Shown: in pieces, positions 36,988 to 48,172 of the stretch
How the letters are laid out: the number at the start of each line of letters is the position of its first letter
Position numbering within the stretch: the stretch's first letter is position 1
IMG/VR virus record: IMGVR_UViG_3300044982_000128
Span: 12,839 to 76,838 of that record
DNA: 64,000 nt
From: a virus
Reading direction: 5' to 3' (one strand)
Program-made: the position numbers and the translations under genes
The notes under the pieces: model-generated
Databases searched by the model: none
The model's input: the letters and a program-made list of their open reading frames with translations, nothing else
Told to the model about the DNA's origin: nothing

Positions 36988-37901
36988 GAGACGTCTCAAT
37001 CAATGAAGTGTTCACCTGGCGCGATGAATTTGGTCTCAAAGCGAAGGAAGCATTCGGCGGCTGGCGCGTGGACGTGAGCCCGCAGACCTACAGCGAGCTA
37101 AAGCAGCGGTGCGATCGGTGGTTTGATAGTCAGAATACGCTCAGTCTGATGCCAGTGCCGCTGAATGAGATCACGGTTCACATGGTCAAGACAGGTGAGG
37201 TGCCGGACGGTGTGCTGCGCGCCTGCGGGTGTGGTAAAGAGGTCAATCGTGGCTAAGGCACCTATCCTCTGGACTCAGTGGGGAGAGCACGCCCGATCGA
37301 TCCTCGAGCAGTACAACGCTCATCACGCGCATAGCGCCAAGCTGGGTTGTAGGTTCCACGGTCCTCACTTCGTGACCTACGAGTGCGGTGAATTCAAGCT
37401 CATTCCCTTCGGCGCTTACGCCGACGACCGGTACTCGTTCGAGTGCCGCCCGGAGTTCCTGCCCGGCGTGGAAGAGCCTCTGTGGACGTTTGTGGTGATG
37501 TGTTAAAAGCGATTTCCTCAAACTTTCCTCTTGCATGGTTTGCAACTATCACCTACACTGGCTCTCGTAATGCCCGACAAGTCCCCTACCACCGATACGG
37601 AGAAGCGCCTGCTCTGGCTGGTTCGCGATCTTGTAGCGCAGGATTGTGTTGATCGAACGGCTGACGACTTTTCATGCGATGACCCGATTCCTGTTTTCTC
37701 CCAGTTCATCGGCAAGTACGCCGAGGCAATCGCGCTGCTTGCCGAGTACGGCCTGGTGACCGACCTGACCAACAACGGCGACCGGGTCGTCAGCGGGAAG
37801 CTGCTGTCGTTGATGAAGACGGCAGAAGTGCTGCAGACTGGAATCTTTAATCCGCGGAAGGAAGAGGCGTTTCAAATTTCGCCTGAGATCGGAGACCATT
37901 T

Positions 37902-38441
37902 ATGAATTTCGGCAGTGTAGACTCGCCCAGAACGGTCAAAGCTTTGAATAAATTGGCGGAGTTCTTGGAGATGGAGAATTCTGTCCGGTCCATCAAGGCC
38001 GAACTCGCTCACGGCAAAGTTGTAACTCGCGATCGACAGACGGGCAAAACCACAGCTCTACTGGAGTTTGTTCACGAGCACGATCCAGCCAATATGATTA
38101 TTGTCTGCTGCAACCACATCACGAAAGATTTGATTTCGTGTCGTTACCGAGAGATGTTTCCAGAAGACGCGCGACCGTCTGTGATTTCGATACATAATGT
38201 CAACGACAGCGATGTGCGCGGGACCAATCGTAAATGGGTCACCGATGAGGTCTGGCCGGCTGCAGTGGTAAGGAGAGCCCGGAGTTACAGTTGGGCTGAA
38301 TACGCCGGTGGTGTTGGAACTCCGATGTGTATGGACGCCTTTAGCGGTCAGTGGTTGACCGGAGAAGAAACAGAAAAACCGGAGTCTCCGCAGCCTGTGT
38401 TTACGCAGGTCAGTGACGGAAAGAGAAAAAGTAATGGCTGA
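37902..38441 (+). CDS. Short P-loop-like protein (terminase-ATPase-like fragment)
   Basis: RQTGKTT and WVTDE in only 179 aa. Confidence 0.45.
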   Translation: MNFGSVDSPRTVKALNKLAEFLEMENSVRSIKAELAHGKVVTRDRQTGKTTALLEFVHEHDPANMIIVCCNHITKDLISCRYREMFPEDARPSVISIHNVNDSDVRGTNRKWVTDEVWPAAVVRRARSYSWAEYAGGVGTPMCMDAFSGQWLTGEETEKPESPQPVFTQVSDGKRKSNG

Positions 38442-38796
38442 CGTCATCCGTCTCGATCCCTGTCGCAGTAAAGTTTTCTCCTGGATCGAGTTCAACTCTG
38501 ATGCTCCTGAAGTAAGGGATGAAGCTACAAACCGTCTGATTCAACCCCAAGGGCCTGCGATCACGGCCCGGTATCGTACCACAGGTATGGAAATGACTGC
38601 TTGGCCTATCACCGAGGACGAGGCGCGCAGGATCATGCAGCCCGGCGCTGAGTTCGATTACTCTTCCGGTCGTGCCTGGAGCCAGATCGTGATGCCTCAC
38701 AAGTCCAAGAGAATGGTCAAGAGCGGGCAGAGACAGGAAACGGTCAAGCAGCGGGAAGAGACGGAACAGCGTGCGGGGAGAAGGTGGTTGGCGTGA
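38434..38796 (+). CDS. KTSC-like domain protein
   Basis: S.VFSWIEF...ARYR.TG...SSGRAW...I pattern. Confidence 0.4.
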   Translation: MADVIRLDPCRSKVFSWIEFNSDAPEVRDEATNRLIQPQGPAITARYRTTGMEMTAWPITEDEARRIMQPGAEFDYSSGRAWSQIVMPHKSKRMVKSGQRQETVKQREETEQRAGRRWLA

Positions 38797-39174
38797 GTGT
38801 GATTGTCAAGCAGGAAGAAGGTCTGGAAGTTCCGGCAGAGATTTTTGCCAAGGCCATCGTAAAAATCAGCGATGGTTTGGAGGGCTGGCGGCGTGCGGGT
38901 ATGAAGAGACACGCGCTGATCACGTTACTGGTCGCCAGTACGAAAGTCTGTAAGAGAGATGTCGAGTTGGTGCTCCTGGGGATTGACGGGTTGAAGAACA
39001 CTTATTGCTTGCCTCCTGCGCATTCAGAGAAGGTAAAGAAGTGAAGCGCACCCTCACTCCCGCCGAACGTCAGATCGTTCTTCGCCGGCTCAAGTACGGG
39101 CCTGTTCTTTCGCGTGAGGATTTGGCCAGCTACGTAACAAAGATTTGCCAGGAAGTGAAGAAAGGGAACTCAAA

Positions 39175-39495
39175 GTGAAGATCGTTTCAATTGTCATTCT
39201 GGCGTTTGTATTAGGACAAGCGCCTCCGCCCGCAGAAAAACCCCCCACTATTCCCATGATCCTTCTCAAGGATTTCTACGCTGCCGACGCAGGCCAGTAG
39301 CGAGCCCAGCGTCAGGTCGATCAGGCCCAACAGGCTCTCCAGTCTGCCAGTCAGTCCTGGAAGCAGGCAGTGGACGCGATGCAGAAGGTGTGCGGGGAGA
39401 AGTTCCAATTGGCGCAGGATTCCGTGACTTCAGATCCGGTGTGCAAAGCGAAACCGGCGCCTGTGCCTGCAGCTAAGCCAGCGGAGAAGAAGTGA
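39175..39495 (+). pseudogene. Signal-peptide coiled-coil protein with in-frame TAG at 39298-39300
   Basis: GTGA-coupled start; MKIVSIVILAFVLGQAPP...DAGQ*RAQRQVDQAQQALQ...VCGEK...PVCKAK...EKK*; fills the gap exactly. Confidence 0.7.
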
Positions 39496-40190
39496 GAGGA
39501 CAGATATGACAACTAAAAAGAAAAGCATGGCACAACTCGGGATTGAGTTGGCAGATGAGCATATTTCTAGGAATACTCTTGATCATGACGAGACTCTACG
39601 AGGGACTGCTCTATCTCTTGCTTGTCGGTACTATGTCGAGACCATCGTCAAGGACGGTGATCTTTATCGGGAAATGGTGCGTGATAATCGCGTGCTTAAG
39701 CCTGCTACTTATTGTGGGGTTATTGAAGTAGCGTTGGCTTTCGAGGCCTTTATCAAAGGAGAAATAAAATCTACCCACGACGCTATCACAGAAACGGAAT
39801 TGGAAGAAGTGACTGAAAATGATCGAGTGACGCCATCTCCGGAAGTTGAGCTATGAGCCCGCGCCCTCGACTTCTGAAGACGCAGTGGGATCAAGACTCA
39901 ATCAGGGTCGAGGTGAAAGCTGCCGGCGTCGTCGATGAGCCGGAAAATCAGAAAGTCATGGAAGCATGCCTCGGCGAACTCAACGAAGTCAGAATGAGAG
40001 TTATGGTAGGCTCATACGGCCCCGGCACGGAGGACAAGGGGAAGGCCCGCTACTACTGGCTCTTGGGAGAGTCCGCGTCTGTGCACTGTCGCGATCTGGA
40101 AACCGCCGATTGGTTTAGAGAAGAATTGCTAAAGTGGCTGAAGTCTCTTGACGGGATAAAACTGGAACGGGTCGAGGACGAGGCGGCGCA

Positions 40191-40745
40191 ATGATCCGTA
40201 CAATACGCCCCTGGCAAATATTCGAGCGGCTTCAGGAGAACGAGATTCGCCTGCTTATTCCGACGCGCCGAAGTTCCGAGACCCGTTCGGTAATGATGCT
40301 TGAAACCGCTCTCCTTGTTGCAGTCGCGCGCAAGGCGCGCGTTCAGACCATTCTTGAAATCGGAACGTCCCACGGATACACCACGCTTCATCTTGCACGC
40401 AACACCGACGCCCGGATCACCACGGTGGATGTAGTCGAGCCCGGCGTCCGGGTATATAGGGGCGAACCCGAGGAGTCGCGGATCACGGAACTTTGCCAGG
40501 ACTCGAAGACCATTTCGATTCGCAATTACGAGATGGTGTTTATTGACGGGGACCATTCTATCGAAGGTGTGCGCGAAGATACGAAACTCGTTTTCCAATG
40601 TTCCCCCCTGGTAATCGCGTGGCATGATTATGGAAATCCCATCGAGCCTGAAGTTAAGCCGTATCTCGATAAAGTCAGTGAGGCGTATGAGCTTTACCAC
40701 GTCGAGGATTCGTGGCTTTGCTTTTGGTTCAGGGAGGGATTGTGA
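40191..40745 (+). CDS. Class I SAM-dependent methyltransferase (Methyltransf_24-like)
   Basis: ILEIGTSHGYTT, VFIDGDHS, IAWHDY. Confidence 0.88.
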   Translation: MIRTIRPWQIFERLQENEIRLLIPTRRSSETRSVMMLETALLVAVARKARVQTILEIGTSHGYTTLHLARNTDARITTVDVVEPGVRVYRGEPEESRITELCQDSKTISIRNYEMVFIDGDHSIEGVREDTKLVFQCSPLVIAWHDYGNPIEPEVKPYLDKVSEAYELYHVEDSWLCFWFREGL

Positions 40746-41335
40746 CCGCTCCCGTCTGTATCTTCATCGTCTCGGCATTCAATCGGCCGACGGAGTTGAA
40801 ACTCTGTCTGTTGTCTCTCGTACTTCAATCGAGAACTGACTGGCTTGCAATTGTCACGGACAATGCCAACTCGTCGACATACCGGGATCTGAACGAAGAG
40901 GCCGTCAGATGGGTCGGGGACGATCGAATCCAGTATCACTACACTGGCGACCGTGCGAACAATTGCTACTCCTCGGCTGAGATCGGGGCTTCGATGGTCG
41001 CCGGCGGATGGTTGATTTTTCCGAGTGATGACAGCTACTATTGCCCGGAATGCCTCGAAAGAATGCTGGAAGTCGAACAGGATGCCGATTGCATTTTCTG
41101 TGATGTTTTGTATGATCGCAGGCTCGCTGGCCGTCGCGCAGTTCTCTCGACGGAGCCTCGTGAGGGGGCGATAGACAAGACCTGCTTCGCGGTTCGTCGT
41201 GACAAATTCATTGGATTTCCGGATCAGCCTGCGGACGGCCGCTCGTCTCCTGCTGACGGTAAGGCAGTCGAGCGGATGGTTGCGATGGGGTATCGGATGA
41301 GGCACGTTGCGGAGGTTTTGTGCGTGCACAATTGA
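40742..41335 (+). CDS. Glycosyltransferase family 2 (GT-A)
   Basis: IVSAFNRP..L...L.SL..Q, IVTDN, FPSDDSYY. Confidence 0.85.
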   Translation: MTAPVCIFIVSAFNRPTELKLCLLSLVLQSRTDWLAIVTDNANSSTYRDLNEEAVRWVGDDRIQYHYTGDRANNCYSSAEIGASMVAGGWLIFPSDDSYYCPECLERMLEVEQDADCIFCDVLYDRRLAGRRAVLSTEPREGAIDKTCFAVRRDKFIGFPDQPADGRSSPADGKAVERMVAMGYRMRHVAEVLCVHN

Positions 41336-41415
41336 GCTATAATGGGGGAACCGAGAGTGTCACCTCTCGGCTCATGTCTCATCGATCTGGAGGATCGACT
41401 ATGACCACCCCAAAG
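41333..41415 (+). promoter_or_regulatory. TATAAT plus two-hairpin leader, copy 1
   Basis: TGAGCTATAAT; CCGAGAG/CTCTCGG hairpin; TCGATC-TGGAG-GATCGA hairpin over the SD; then ATGACC. Confidence 0.75.
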
Positions 41416-42066
41416 AAAACTCTACCACGAGATTTGACCGGCATGGTGTTTGGTCGGTTGACTGTAATTGAACTAGACCACCACAACGAGCGTGGGGTGA
41501 GCTATTGGAAGTGCCAATGCGAATGTGGCATCACAATCGTGACAAGTAAGTATTCTCTTCTTCGCGGATACACGCAAAGTTGCGGTTGTATTCGCAGTGA
41601 GCAGGCCAGACAACGGCGCTTGAAGCATGGTATGGCCACTATGGGGGCACATGGATGGGTAAGTCGAACCTATCGTATATGGATGGCCATGCGCACTCGT
41701 TGTACAAATTCTAAAGTTCCTCATTACCACAATTACGGTGGTCGGGGGATCAGTATTTGTTCTGAGTGGAACGATTTTGCCGTCTTTTTGCGCGATATGG
41801 GTGAGTGTCCTGTTGGTATGTCCATCGATCGATTTCCAAATAACGATGGAAATTATGAACCAGGGAATTGCCGGTGGGCTACTCGATTAGAACAACGTCT
41901 CAACCAGCGCAAACGTACACATTGTCCGCAGGGGCATCCTTACGTTTCTGGTGACATAGATTATCGAGGCAGGCAGTTTTGTAGGCCTTGCAAAAACGCT
42001 CATGAGCAACGGCAGCGTGCTCGGCGTAAGCAAAAACAGTTGGAGGCCAAAAATGCCTGCATTTAA
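41401..42066 (+). CDS. HNH homing endonuclease
   Basis: DLTG..FGRLTV, WKCQCECG, SCGC, YGGRGI, SIDR...DGNYEPGNCRWAT. Confidence 0.9.
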   Translation: MTTPKKTLPRDLTGMVFGRLTVIELDHHNERGVSYWKCQCECGITIVTSKYSLLRGYTQSCGCIRSEQARQRRLKHGMATMGAHGWVSRTYRIWMAMRTRCTNSKVPHYHNYGGRGISICSEWNDFAVFLRDMGECPVGMSIDRFPNNDGNYEPGNCRWATRLEQRLNQRKRTHCPQGHPYVSGDIDYRGRQFCRPCKNAHEQRQRARRKQKQLEAKNACI

Positions 42067-42904
42067 GCTTGTGATTGCAGTTCTTACTGCGCATCATCCG
42101 TCGCGTTGGCACCGCCGCCAAGTCGCTAAGCAGAATTTCCTTAAGGACTGTCCGATCCCGTACAAATTTGTTTTTGGAGATGCGGTACGCGTGGGGGATT
42201 GGGATTACACCGGTCTACGTGACGAGGAGATTTTGCACGCGCCTGGTTCTGATGCTAAGGATCATTTGCCGTTGAAGAACCAGGCTGCGTTTCGGTGGGC
42301 TTTGGAGCAGGGCGCCGACGCGATTATCCGTGTGATGGACGATACCTGGCTAAATGTGGATCGCATGCTCAAGGCCGGTTTGGAGCAATTCGATTTGGCC
42401 GGAGCGTTTCCGATGAAGTTCAAGTTGGGAGGAACTTTCAGCGTACCATGGCTGCGGATGGGGTATCCGCACGGAGGCTGCGGAATCTGGCTTTCGCGTA
42501 AATCAATGGAGATGTTGGTAGCTGATGTTTGGGATCCAGACTATCTTAAGTCTTGGCCTGAGCGAATGGATGTGGGGTGGGGCATAACTTATCCAACTCC
42601 GAAAATTTTTTGGGACGACCATTGGGTTGGCGAGGTGCTGCAGGGAAATTTAGCTTACGACGATCCTTTACGCAGCCAACCGTGGGCTGCGTATACGGCT
42701 AACGGTATTTCTGTTTTTGAGGATGAATTCTTGTTTTATAACGATGAGATTGAGCGGCCTCTTACTGTCCATGATCCGGGGGTTCACAAAATTCAGTCCA
42801 GAGATATGGATGACGTGATTGAGCAAGCGAGGCAAAGAAATCTTGTGGCGAATGTACTAAGAAATCCTTTGAATGTAATCGATGCGGAGCCTACCAATGC
42901 CTGA
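42053..42904 (+). CDS. GT31/fringe-like glycosyltransferase
   Basis: YKFVFG, LPLK, MDDTW (DxD-like), GGCGIWLSRK, DDHWVG. Confidence 0.75.
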   Translation: MPAFKLVIAVLTAHHPSRWHRRQVAKQNFLKDCPIPYKFVFGDAVRVGDWDYTGLRDEEILHAPGSDAKDHLPLKNQAAFRWALEQGADAIIRVMDDTWLNVDRMLKAGLEQFDLAGAFPMKFKLGGTFSVPWLRMGYPHGGCGIWLSRKSMEMLVADVWDPDYLKSWPERMDVGWGITYPTPKIFWDDHWVGEVLQGNLAYDDPLRSQPWAAYTANGISVFEDEFLFYNDEIERPLTVHDPGVHKIQSRDMDDVIEQARQRNLVANVLRNPLNVIDAEPTNA

Positions 42905-43408
42905 TTTCAATCTTTTTCAAAGAGTCGGCGATTTCTTTGAAATGCGCAAGACCTACAGACAACAAGCTCTCAAGGCCCTCCGCAAACGTGAAGGTCTTCC
43001 GTCCCCTGTCGATCAAGATGGCGTCCCACTCGAAACTCGTTTCGACGATCAGGGCAACGCGCACTATTACAACGCATCCGGCGAGAAGCAGGAGCATGTC
43101 CTCTTCGCTGGTGCAGGCAAGGACGGCAAGCCCGGATCGTTCGCTGTCGGCACACGCAAGCAGGAGCCGCGCGAGCTGGCCGATGCATCCTGGCACTCCG
43201 AGTCTGAGTTCCAAATCCTCGACGTCGCAGAAGACGGACGCAAGCTCTCTGATGAGTTGAAAGACCTCGACCGCGACTCTAGTACGTTTGAACGATCCGA
43301 AAAAGTTTCCCACGGTGATGCAGGCGAGCAGGCACCGGAGTTGCATCTGGCGAATACGAGTGACGAAGAGATCGACGAGACGCTGCAGAAGTTTTTGAAG
43401 CGGGGGTT

Positions 43409-43873
43409 GTGATGGGTTGCTTGGAAGACGATATCGATTACGCGTTGCGCGTTCAACGAGGTGAGATCAAGTTGCCTCCGCCACGGCCAAAGATTGTTTG
43501 CCTCTGTGGGTCCACGCGATTTCGCGATCAGTTCATGCAAGCGAACTATCGTGAGACGTTGAAGGGGAATATTGTTTTGAGTGTAGGCTTTTACGTTCAT
43601 GTTGCAGATGAATGCCCGAACTGCGATGCGTCGCAGAGCTTCGCGAAAGAACAAAACGCTGAAGGTCCGCAGGGAAAATGCTGGTGTTGCGGTGCAGATC
43701 TCGGTTGTACTCCGGAGCAGAAGATTGCTTTGGATGAATTGCACAAGCGCAAGATCGATCTTGCCGACGAAGTGTTTGTGCTGAACGTCGGTGGATATAT
43801 TGGTCAGAGCACGCACAGTGAAATTGAGTACGCTATCGCGCATAGAAAACCCGTGCGGTATTTGGAGTCGTAG
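43409..43873 (+). CDS. Nucleoside deoxyribosyltransferase-like Rossmann protein
   Basis: IVCLCGSTRF, HKRKIDLADEVFVLNVGGYIG.ST.SEIEYA. Confidence 0.65.
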   Translation: MMGCLEDDIDYALRVQRGEIKLPPPRPKIVCLCGSTRFRDQFMQANYRETLKGNIVLSVGFYVHVADECPNCDASQSFAKEQNAEGPQGKCWCCGADLGCTPEQKIALDELHKRKIDLADEVFVLNVGGYIGQSTHSEIEYAIAHRKPVRYLES

Positions 43874-44406
43874 AACGATGGGCCACAGCACTTCCAAGCC
43901 GTACAGTAAGTGGAGTGATTCAGGCCGTGTGCTCTTTTTTCAGCATCGCTGGAGCAATTTGGATCGTTTTTCTTTAGCGCTCGAGCGTATGTGGGAAGAA
44001 CAGGAACGCATCCGTGCAGCGGATATGATGGCGAATCGTTTTGTGACTGAGTATTGGCCTCAGATTGAAGTGGCTGTGTTGCCGCCGATCGATGGGTTCA
44101 GTACTTGGGATGTGATTAGGCACAGATCGAAGCAGCGGGATAAGTGGGTAAGTCTTTTGCAGGAATTCTGGAGGGAGAGAGTCTGATGGCTGACCTTTTC
44201 ATCTGTCCTGATTGCGAACAGGCCACAGCGACTCAGCCTGATTCCCTCTGCGCGACTTGTCAGCAGTGGCGCGATCAGCGTTTGGACGAGATGGATTCCG
44301 AATATGAGGACCGCCTGGCAAGGCAAGCTCGCCGACGCATGAAGCCGAGCGAGAGATTCGCTGAAGATTTGTCGGATATGGTGAAGGCCGTGGAACGGAG
44401 CAGACG

Positions 44407-45057
44407 ATGAATAGGAAGCCAACCGCATACGAATATCTAGTCTCAATCGTCACTAAGGTCAACACGAATGTCTGTATAGTATGGCCGTTCCATATTGATA
44501 AAGGCGGGTATGGGCGTATTATGGCGCCAAAAATCTTTGGTGAAAGACAGCAGTTTCTTGTGCACAGATTAGCGTATAGGGTTGCGTACGGTAAGTGGCC
44601 TACTCCAAACGGGCTTCACAGTTGTGACAATCGTGCGTGTTTCAACCCCCGTCATATTTCCCCTGGAACTCTCAGGGAAAATACTGAGGATATGGTTGCC
44701 AAGGACAGGCAGGCTAAGGGGGAGAGAACTGCTCTTTCCAAATTGACATATGAGTTGGTGGAACAGGCACGAAGGGAATATATTGGCGGCCTGACTTGTG
44801 AGCAATTAGCCACTCGATATGGCGTGAGTGGTCATACCATGAACACGGCAATTTCCGGAAAGACTTGGAAGCATGTTCCCAATCCGGTTAGAATGCGTCC
44901 TCGTCACAGACCTCCCGCCACGCACTGTTCGTACGGTCATCCGCTTACTGAGGGGAATTTTTATACGATACGTCGGCGGCGCGGGGTTACATGCAGGGAA
45001 TGCAAGATTTGCTCCAGTAATAAATATAAAATTCGTAAGTTGAAACGAGGTAAGTAG
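44407..45057 (+). CDS. HNH homing endonuclease
   Basis: CIVWP...GYG, VHRLAY, HSCDN.AC.NP.H..GT..EN..D. Confidence 0.9.
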   Translation: MNRKPTAYEYLVSIVTKVNTNVCIVWPFHIDKGGYGRIMAPKIFGERQQFLVHRLAYRVAYGKWPTPNGLHSCDNRACFNPRHISPGTLRENTEDMVAKDRQAKGERTALSKLTYELVEQARREYIGGLTCEQLATRYGVSGHTMNTAISGKTWKHVPNPVRMRPRHRPPATHCSYGHPLTEGNFYTIRRRRGVTCRECKICSSNKYKIRKLKRGK

Positions 45058-45827
45058 TGTCAGATAGCATTGAATCCGTTAAACCGATTCTTACTGTGAT
45101 TGACGACGAGGGCGACCTGGTTATCTCTTCTACCGGTCCGCGCGGCAAGGAAATGGCCCACGCAGTTCTTGCGTTGGCTAACGGCGCTAGGAAGGCCGTG
45201 GTAATCCAGGACGGTGAGATGAAGGTACTCAAACGAGGGACAGCGGCAGAGAACGGGATAGAAGCAAACGGCAAAGCCCCAGCCCCGCCTCCAGCGCGTC
45301 GGCCCACGTCTCCCGCGCCAGTCGAAACCGGCCCCGACATTCAGGACTCCTACATCTCCGATCTGGAATCCGGCGTCACAGGCGAACAGGCCATGGGAGA
45401 GAAACCATCCCCCACTCCCGGCCCCTCCGATCCAGTCGCTATTCCAGCCAAGAAGCGCAAGCCAGTCATCTACCAGGATGCCGCTGCGCCACCCGCGCCG
45501 GAGCTGGCTGAGGCGGAGATGGACCGGCTTCTTGCAGAAGCGCAGCAGGCGGAAGCGGACGCGGCCAGAGTCGCCGAGGACCAACGGTTTCAGCGTCAGC
45601 AGGCGGTGCAGGTTCAGGTGGAGCCCTCTGACGTTCCTGCCGAGCAGCCGGCAGAGGCGGCAAGGCCGCGTCGCCGGGAGCGCCAGCTTGCGACCACAGG
45701 CAGACCCTGCGGCCGCTGCGGCGGTGGTGGGAAGATCGTCGGAGACGCTGGATTTGAAGGGTCCTGCCCTGTGTGTCACGGTGAGGGCCAGGTGAAGACG
45801 TGGGATCGATCGTTGAAGGTTCGTTGA
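45057..45827 (+). CDS. Pro/Ala-rich protein with C-terminal DnaJ-type Zn finger
   Basis: CGRCGGGG...CPVCHGEG. Confidence 0.6.
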   Translation: MSDSIESVKPILTVIDDEGDLVISSTGPRGKEMAHAVLALANGARKAVVIQDGEMKVLKRGTAAENGIEANGKAPAPPPARRPTSPAPVETGPDIQDSYISDLESGVTGEQAMGEKPSPTPGPSDPVAIPAKKRKPVIYQDAAAPPAPELAEAEMDRLLAEAQQAEADAARVAEDQRFQRQQAVQVQVEPSDVPAEQPAEAARPRRRERQLATTGRPCGRCGGGGKIVGDAGFEGSCPVCHGEGQVKTWDRSLKVR

Positions 45828-46176
45828 TCGCAAGTGGAGTAAAGTGGAGTACAGTAGATTGCAAACCAATCGGAGTACGTCTGATGGTCTGGGTAAAGTC
45901 TCGTACTTTGGAGTTCGATGAAGAAGGATCGACTAGACGGATTACCACGCGTATCCGTGAGGATGGGTATTTGTTTTATCAAGGGCAGTCGGATTACCAT
46001 CATACATTCCCTTTCAAGGATCAGCAGTATCGCTTGGAACAACAGTTTGTGCGGTTCAGTCAAGAAATGCCAGATACAGGCCAATGGACGGTGGCTGATT
46101 TTGATGAAGATTTCGAGGAACGTCTGGTGTCGATGAAGGCGAAGGAAGTGTTTCCAGGGCAGGAGGTTGTTGTCTA

Positions 46177-46779
46177 ATGGCCGCACTGCCCGATTCCGCG
46201 CTTCCTCTCTGTGATAATCCGCAGCACCCTGCCGGTTTGCCGCGGAAGATGATCTATCTTCAGACCAAGGATCACGCGCATGTGTTCGGCTGCCAGGCGT
46301 GCAAGGATGTGAACCGCAAGCTCTCCGTCCGCGTGATGACCGACCAGTTTTTCAAACGGGAAGTTCGTAAGACCCTCGCCGCATTGGGTCAGCTTCTCCG
46401 AGGGCCAATGCAGAAGCGCAAGCGCTCCCCTTTCGAACTCGGCCTCATGCGGGAGATGGCGCTCGATGCTGCGCGCGCCAATGCGCGTTCTCGCACGATC
46501 GACTGGGACCCCGAGCACCGGCGTTCCCGTGACGGCAAGTACGAACTGGTCGAGTACAAGGAACTCGGCGAAGGCGCGTTGCGCATTCAGATGGCCATCG
46601 ATGGCAAGCTCTGTCCACAGATGGACGACCACGTAGCTTCACGAGAAGAGTTCAGGACCGAGGAAGAATATTGGAGTAGAGTAGCGCGCGGGAGCGAGTT
46701 GATTTTGCATTTGTACGGCGATCCGAGGAATCCATTGACGCCGGAAGAGTCGGCTTTGAGAGAACAGGAGACGTTTTGA
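46177..46779 (+). CDS. Hypothetical protein with N-terminal Zn ribbon
   Basis: CDNPQH...CQAC. Confidence 0.5.
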   Translation: MAALPDSALPLCDNPQHPAGLPRKMIYLQTKDHAHVFGCQACKDVNRKLSVRVMTDQFFKREVRKTLAALGQLLRGPMQKRKRSPFELGLMREMALDAARANARSRTIDWDPEHRRSRDGKYELVEYKELGEGALRIQMAIDGKLCPQMDDHVASREEFRTEEEYWSRVARGSELILHLYGDPRNPLTPEESALREQETF

Positions 46780-47650
46780 GATGAGATTCACGATTGAGGT
46801 AGTTGTATTCTTTGTTTCGGTTTGGTCAGCGTATCGTCTTGGCAAGATGGAGACTGCGAGGTTTGTTTGGAACCTGCTGTCCAATCGAAGAACTGAAGGG
46901 ATGGCCGAGGCTGTATGTTTGTACTGCGCGATAATGAACCCCAACATCCTGCGCCGGAACGGATGGAAGTGTGTGGATGACGCGTGTCTTGCACTTCGAA
47001 GTAAAAAGGAATTGGTGGACAACATCTGATGACTTACACATACGCCATTCTCGAAGTCAGCCATGCAGCTTACGTTGAAATCAAATCGAAGTTGGAAGCG
47101 GCAGGATACTCCGATCAATTCCATGATGACCGTGACGGCGACGGGGTTGTCATCGACATGCACGGCATCGCTTTGAAAGACGAAGGAGAATCTGTTGTGT
47201 CTCCTGCTCCAACTTCAGATCGCGCCCGTATTCAGGTTCTCCTTGCTCAGGCAATTACCGCACGTCTCAAGGAAGAAGTTATCGATGAAATTCTTCCGAA
47301 GCCGAGTATCGCTGAACTGGAAAAAATGATAGATGACGCTGAGAAGGAAGGTAAAGAACTCGGCAGATTAATGCCTTCCGGTGAGATCATGCGCAGCCAT
47401 CCGAAACCTGTGTTTGCATCTGATTTGGCTGATGCTGTGCTCTCGGCACTTCAGAGCAGCGGCTTTGAGATTGTGTCCAGTAAGCAGAAACGGCGAACTG
47501 TCTTGGATGCTCGGTCGATGTGCAGACCGGGAGACGAACCTTTAGCGTAACCTCCGGAGCGCGTCCCGCCGTCCTCAGCGGAGCTTAGCATGGATTTAAG
47601 TGCGGTGCAATACTTAATCAGCAATCGTTCTTTGAAAGGACCATACTCAG

Positions 47651-48172
47651 ATGTCGAAACTCGCAGCAGTTCGCACCGGTCAGGCCACCCAGGGCATCGG
47701 CGCTGTTCCTAACGGAACTCCAGTCACCATTGACGATCTCGATCCACCTCCGGTCATCAATCCCCGCTCTGCGCACTCTGCCGCGGCTGCGACGGTGACG
47801 GCTGCATGGTTGTCGCTTGAAGCCAAAGAGATCGAGGTCAGGAACTACTTCCGTTCCATCGCCGTGTCGTCAGGCTTGGAGATGCTGGCGAAGATGAGGA
47901 AGCAATGCGATATGGCTGCTGAGTCGCTTCAGGGCCGCATAGACGAGGACAACACGCAGCGATGCACTGGCTGCGGGAAGACGCTCGAGGAACTGCGGAA
48001 GACGCAATTCCTGATGATGGGCGCCGACACCGATCCTGAAACCGGTGTTCCTGTGCCGTATCGCTTCTGTGGTCCGATGTGCATTCGTGAACGCAACAAG
48101 GAACGGATGCTGCCGAAGGAAGAGAGAAACAAGCTGCGGTTTGACGGTCAGGACATGGGTGACATTCGCTGA
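47651..48172 (+). CDS. Hypothetical protein with TRASH-like Cys motif
   Basis: CTGCGK...FCGPMC. Confidence 0.5.
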   Translation: MSKLAAVRTGQATQGIGAVPNGTPVTIDDLDPPPVINPRSAHSAAAATVTAAWLSLEAKEIEVRNYFRSIAVSSGLEMLAKMRKQCDMAAESLQGRIDEDNTQRCTGCGKTLEELRKTQFLMMGADTDPETGVPVPYRFCGPMCIRERNKERMLPKEERNKLRFDGQDMGDIR

